Source of the DNA: Phormidesmis sp.
GTDB taxonomy: Bacteria; Cyanobacteriota; Cyanobacteriia; Leptolyngbyales; Leptolyngbyaceae
DNA: 64,000 nt
Direction: 5' to 3'
Assembly: GCA_965248535.1 (NCBI GenBank)
Contig: CBDFJR010000005.1
Location: 1,440,001 to 1,504,000 of the forward strand
This document shows positions 59,426-64,000 of this stretch, piece by piece. The translations under genes were made by a program, and so were the position numbers. The number at the start of each line of letters is the position of its first letter. Position 1 is the first letter of the stretch. The notes under the pieces are model-generated. The model was not told the DNA's origin. It was given only the letters and a program-made list of their open reading frames with translations, and did not search any database.

Positions 59426-60514
59426 ATGCTTGACACAGGTCGTCTTCCGCTAACGGGTGACGCGCTTACTTGTTTCCGCCAGGGGCTTGACAGCGCCGCA
59501 GCCGGGGAGCATGAAAGAGCGGTTGCCCTCTACAACAAAGTTTTGCAAGCGCGATCGGACTTCTGGGAAGCCTGGTATGAGCGCGGCTTGTCTCTAGACA
59601 GTTTGGGGTTTTATTCTGAAGCGATCGCTAGTTACGATCGAGCTTTAGAAACCAACCCCAGCCGAGAGGCCCTTGACGAGATTTTGCACGATCGCGGCAA
59701 TGCCCTTCACTATGGGCTGGGCGACTATGAGGCGGCAATTCGCTGCTATGACCAGACGCTGCAAGTCAATGATGCTCATGCGATGGCCTGGCAAAATCGC
59801 GGCAATGCCCTGCTCTATGGGTTGAGCCATTATCAAGCGGCGATCGCCAGCTATAACCGTGCCCTACAGCTTAACGCTGACAACTATTTGACCTGGCGCA
59901 ATCGCGGCAACGCCATGATTGAGCTAAAGCGCTACACCGAAGCGATCGCCAACTACGATCGGGCGCTGTCTCTGCAAGCCGATGATCAGGTTTCCTGGCA
60001 GGCGCGTCTGCTGGCCTCTCAGCAGCTTGGGCTAAATTCTCTCAAGCAGCCAACCACCAAGCCAACCTGGTGTGGCGAGGGCTATGACGATCCGCTTTTG
60101 CTAGAAGACTCGCCGTTGCTAGAAGAGTCGCATCCGCCCAAGATCCAAGATTGTGAAGCGGGCTACCAGCGACCGATGCTAGTCATTGAAGACGATGCCG
60201 GGCAGCATGAGATTGAGCTAGAAAAAGAGCACTATACGATCGGGCGAGATCCTAAAAACGACATTTGTTTAAAATCTCAGTTTGCGTCTCGACATCATGC
60301 TGTGCTGCGGCGCATCAACGGTGAGCCTGGAAACTACACCTACGTGATTAGTGATGGCAATCTAGCGGGCAGACCCAGCACCAATGGCTTGCTGGTCAAT
60401 GGGCAAAAGCAGCAAAATTCTTTGCTCAAAACAGGTGACTTAATCGTGTTTGGCCCCCACGTTCGGGCGACTTATCAAGCGGCGATCGAGCCAACCGATC
60501 TAAATTTTTGGTAG
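59426..60514 (+). CDS. TPR plus FHA domain protein
   Basis: AW.NRGNAL TPRs; IGRDPKNDI, SRHHA, STNG FHA motifs. Confidence 0.9.
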   Translation: MLDTGRLPLTGDALTCFRQGLDSAAAGEHERAVALYNKVLQARSDFWEAWYERGLSLDSLGFYSEAIASYDRALETNPSREALDEILHDRGNALHYGLGDYEAAIRCYDQTLQVNDAHAMAWQNRGNALLYGLSHYQAAIASYNRALQLNADNYLTWRNRGNAMIELKRYTEAIANYDRALSLQADDQVSWQARLLASQQLGLNSLKQPTTKPTWCGEGYDDPLLLEDSPLLEESHPPKIQDCEAGYQRPMLVIEDDAGQHEIELEKEHYTIGRDPKNDICLKSQFASRHHAVLRRINGEPGNYTYVISDGNLAGRPSTNGLLVNGQKQQNSLLKTGDLIVFGPHVRATYQAAIEPTDLNFW

Positions 60515-60668
60515 CGATTCGGCAGCGATCGCAGTTCCTTTCGTTCACCTAGCACAGATAGCTCACCACCCTTCTCTTAGGCTAGAAGGCGACCTGCGGA
60601 GAACCTTTAGATTCTGCAAGGCTCATTCAATCTAAGATCTAAAGCTCTCACCCAACCCTTCTACAGCT

Positions 60669-62061
60669 ATGGCGAATCTGACCCCAAACTCCAGTTTTAG
60701 TCTGTCCATCCGTTTTGAAGTACCCAATCGACCGGGTATGTTAGCCAGCGTAGTGCAGGCGATTTCTACCCTGGGCGGCAGCATCGGGCAGATCGATCTC
60801 GTCGAACAAACCCGCGATGTCTCCCTGCGAAACATTGTCGTAGATGCCGCTAGCAGCGACCACGCTGAGGCGATCGTGCAATCGCTCAAATCACTCCCAG
60901 AGGTCAAAGTTCTCCAGGCAGACGATCGCACGTTTGCGCTGCATCAAGGCGGCAAAATCACCGTTCAGAGTAAGGTGCCCTTGAGCAGACAATCTGATTT
61001 GGCGATGGCCTATACGCCAGGGGTGGGTCGGGTGTGTATGGCGATCGCTCAAGACCCCGATCGCGTTTATGAATTGACCGTCAAAGGCAACATGGTCGCG
61101 ATCGTCACCGATGGCAGCGCTGTCTTAGGGCTAGGCAACCTCGGCCCCGAAGCCGCCATGCCCGTGATGGAGGGCAAAGCCATGCTGTTTAAAGAATTTG
61201 GCGGCATTGATGCCTTCCCGATTTGTCTGGCGACTCAAGACACCGATGCGATCGTCGAAGCCGTCAAGATGCTGGCTCCGGTGTTTGGGGGCGTTAATTT
61301 AGAAGACATTGCTGCCCCGCGCTGCTTTGAGATTGAGACGCGCCTTCAGCAAGAACTCAATATTCCCATTTTTCACGATGACCAGCATGGAACCGCGATC
61401 GTTTCTCTGGCGGCGCTCTCGAATGCGCTGAAAGCTGGTTAAAAAATCTATCAGTGATGTGAAAATTGTGATTAACGGGGCTGGGGCGGCCGGAGTCGCG
61501 ATCGCTCGTCTGCTTCGCAAAGCTGGAGCCACTCAGATCTCAATGTGCGACTCTAAAGGCATTCTCTCGATCGATCGGGCTGACTTAACCGACCAAAAGC
61601 GAGAATTTGCCGTTGAGATGAAAGGCACCCTGGCCGACGCGATGAAAGGCACAGACGTGTTTTTAGGCGTGAGCGCCCCAGGAGTCGTGTCTCCTGAGAT
61701 GGTGAAATCAATGGCAAAAGACCCGATCGTGTTTGCGATGGCCAACCCAGTGCCAGAGATTCAGCCTGAGCTAGTGCGCGACGACGTGGCCGTGATGGCC
61801 ACCGGCCGCAGTGACTATCCCAATCAAATTAATAACGTTTTAGCATTCCCCGGAGTGTTTCGCGGTGCGTTAGACTGTCGTGCTTCTAACTTCACCACTA
61901 ATATGTATTTACAAGCGGCCTTAGCGATCGCCTCTCTGGTTTCTGAGAGTGATCTGAGCCGAGAAAATATTGTGCCTTCAGTGTTTGACGATCGCGTTGC
62001 AACCGTTGTGTCGGCTGCCGTCCAAAAAGCGGCGCGTGAAGATGGAGTCGCTAGGAAATAA
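60669..62061 (+). pseudogene. ACT-domain malic enzyme split by a 1-bp insertion at about 61431-61433
   Basis: AYTPGV, VTDGSAVLGLG, VMEGK, HDDQHGT, then GAGAAG, FAMANP, NNVLAFPG. CTGAAAGCTGGTT reads through as L-K-L-V-K-K if one A is removed. Confidence 0.85.
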
Positions 62062-62073
62062 CCCAGAAATTTC

Positions 62074-62109
62074 AGAAGTGAGAAGGCTTAAGGGCATCTT
62101 CTCACTTCT
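62074..62109. terminator. Hairpin between convergent genes
   Basis: AGAAGTGAGAAG pairs with CTTCTCACTTCT. Confidence 0.65.
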
Positions 62110-62116
62110 AGAATCT

Positions 62117-63007
62117 TTACTTCGCCCGCTTTGCAGCCGCATCTAATTGAGCGCGAACCGCCTGAGTTGCAATTCCATCAACTCGTAAACCAGACTGAGA
62201 CTGAAACTGACGCACCGCCGCTTTTGTCGCACCATCATAAAACGGCAAAATCGATAAGTTGTTTCTCAAGACGGTTCTTAAATTATTTCTGAGATTTCTC
62301 ACCACGATCGTCACCATTTGTTGAGTCGATTGATCGGCTCGACCCGTTTCTGACAGGCCATATCGCTGCTGAAAGTCTCGAATCGCTCGCACCGCTGGCC
62401 CATCGTTCAGCGCTTTTTGGGGATCTATCTCATACCCCAACCCCAAGATCACAGCCCGAAAGTCCGTTTCATCATAGAGGGTGCCGATCGCAACCGAACT
62501 CACGGGCGGAGCGGTTGGCTCGATCGGGGTCGGTTGCTCCGGCAGCGGAGTCGCATCACTAATGATTTCTTGAATTTTCTGATAGGTTTCTAGGGCAGCA
62601 ATCCCCGTCTCAGGCAAGCGATTGTGGCGCTGAAACAACGCGACTGCGCTTTTAGTCTGAGACCCATAAAACTGACTGCCCGGTAGCTGCGGGCTAGGCT
62701 GCAAGACGCGATTGAGAGAGGTCTGCAAATCACTGACTAAACTCGCTGCTCGATCTTGCGTCGGCGTGTTTAAAGTGCCATCGACAGGCAGCCGATATCG
62801 AGTCTGAAAATCTCGAATGGCTTGCTGCACTCTCCCATCGATCAACGGCGTTCCTGGCGTAACGGCATACCCCAACCCAAACAACACCGACACAAACTGA
62901 TCAGGCGTATAGTCTTGACTGCGAACTGCCCCCGCAGGTTGCCCACCCATCACCCAAGCCACACTGATCAGCGCGGTGGCGATCGCACCATTCCATCGAT
63001 TCAACAT
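62117..63007 (-). CDS. Secreted peptidoglycan-binding protein (four PG_binding_1-like repeats)
   Basis: Signal peptide; four A(I/V)..FQ...L..(D/T)G motifs. Confidence 0.85.
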   Translation of the reverse strand: MLNRWNGAIATALISVAWVMGGQPAGAVRSQDYTPDQFVSVLFGLGYAVTPGTPLIDGRVQQAIRDFQTRYRLPVDGTLNTPTQDRAASLVSDLQTSLNRVLQPSPQLPGSQFYGSQTKSAVALFQRHNRLPETGIAALETYQKIQEIISDATPLPEQPTPIEPTAPPVSSVAIGTLYDETDFRAVILGLGYEIDPQKALNDGPAVRAIRDFQQRYGLSETGRADQSTQQMVTIVVRNLRNNLRTVLRNNLSILPFYDGATKAAVRQFQSQSGLRVDGIATQAVRAQLDAAAKRAK

Positions 63008-63137
63008 CTCGCTCACTGCTTCCAATCTGCCTATAAGGAGAGCCACTCGATTTTAGAGCGAATACGACCCTATAGCACGCTGTAAACTACAGAATGGACA
63101 TCAGTGTGCCCAGATCTACCCAAGGAAGAGAACAGCA

Positions 63138-63404
63138 ATGCCCTGGTTTGTGAAGATCGAAGAAGGAATTGTCGATAAGTCTATCTTCGATCGCCATGTT
63201 GCCGCCCATAAAGCGTTTGTTAAAGAATTAATCGACAAAGGTCATGAAGCCAAAACTGGCTACTGGGCGCACTATGGAGGCGGAATGCTTCTATTTAGAG
63301 CCGCCTCAATGGATCACGCAAAAGCGATCGTGGCTCAAGACCCCCTCGTTAAAAACGGCTGCGTTCACTACCAACTTTATGAATGGCGAGTCGTGGTGGA
63401 ATGA
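63138..63404 (+). CDS. YciI family protein
   Basis: MPWFVKIE, HVAAH, GGGML, DPLVKNGCV. Confidence 0.88.
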   Translation: MPWFVKIEEGIVDKSIFDRHVAAHKAFVKELIDKGHEAKTGYWAHYGGGMLLFRAASMDHAKAIVAQDPLVKNGCVHYQLYEWRVVVE

Positions 63405-63418
63405 TGTTATTCTGATAA

Positions 63419-63516
63419 GTGACTCGGATCTATGCGATCGCGACACCCAAATCTTGTCAGGGCCGGAAGGCAGCAGCAATACGGGATGCTCACGGTAGGC
63501 GTAGTCTCCGGGTCAC
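63419..63516 (+). ncRNA. ffs: Signal recognition particle RNA (4.5S)
   Basis: TCAGGGCCGGAAGGCAGCAGC helix-8 motif; terminal stem GTGACTCGG/CCGGGTCAC; TATTCT -10 upstream and a T-run downstream. Confidence 0.95.
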
Positions 63517-63603
63517 TTTTTTTGGGGCGGTAAACCCCCGTGGTCAGTCCTTCAGCTTTTTGCGTATCCTGGAAGAAATCGACGACATAGGAGCCTAAAA
63601 CAG

Positions 63604-63972
63604 ATGGGTTTGGGAGATCTGGTTCAAAAAGCGGTTTATCTAGGCATTGGTGTGGCCTCCTACGCAGGTGAAAAAGCTGGCGAGAAGCTGGGAGAACTGC
63701 GGGTGCAGGTGCAAAAATTGGCAGACGAAATGGTCGATCGGGGCGAGATGACGGCCGAAGAAGGTCGCCGCTTTGTGGATGAAATGGTCAGTCGCGCTCA
63801 ACAACCCTCCACCGTTGCGCCCACTGCCAAGAAACCCACAGAACCTCGCAAAATCGAGATTCTCGACGACGAGGAGCCGACTACGCCATCTGCGCCCCCC
63901 AACAGCGTTGATGAAATGCGGCGGCAAGTGATGGATCTGCAAGAAGAACTGCGCCGCCTAAAGCGTGACTAA
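63604..63972 (+). CDS. Phasin-like family protein
   Basis: QKAVYLGIGVAS...QKLADEMVDRGEMTAEEGRRFVDEM; AGGAG RBS. Confidence 0.8.
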   Translation: MGLGDLVQKAVYLGIGVASYAGEKAGEKLGELRVQVQKLADEMVDRGEMTAEEGRRFVDEMVSRAQQPSTVAPTAKKPTEPRKIEILDDEEPTTPSAPPNSVDEMRRQVMDLQEELRRLKRD

Positions 63973-64000
63973 ATTTTAGAAACCCGGTAGGGGCATGGCG

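Larger units (their letters stand above)
1..64000. repeat. HIP1 (GCGATCGC) highly iterated palindrome, dispersed
   Basis: GCGATCGC and its CGATCG core recur throughout coding and non-coding DNA; visibly sparse at about 13200-14950 and 54200-55600. Confidence 0.95.

Overview
Cyanobacterial chromosomal DNA (very frequent HIP1 GCGATCGC; ebsA, psb34, nrrA, cugP), probably from a filamentous Leptolyngbya-like lineage (inference). It is mostly core and housekeeping genes: larE, glf cluster, thiO/thiG, argB, scpA, grxD-bolA, iscS, moaA, sbcD, rbsK, nudC, dacB, malic enzyme and SRP RNA. The accessory elements are more notable. (i) A 520-bp ORF-less IS200/IS605 derivative at 38694-39213 has ends, guide tetranucleotides and an empty site that can be reconstructed to the base. 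It keeps a TnpB omega-RNA-like right end and an unexplained boxA plus pseudoknot-like RNA segment. (ii) A ParA-ATPase plus HEPN two-gene module is a candidate defence system. (iii) A tandem array of 104-bp REP-containing units lies upstream of sbcD. (iv) A 1.5-kb islet with two paralogous secreted proteins sits between two identical 107-bp repeats, next to MFS and transposase remnants. (v) There are catalase and sulfurtransferase pseudogene fragments, three single-base frameshifts that may be sequencing errors, and two small ORFs missed by the ORF track. All family calls come from motif recognition; no database searches were run.
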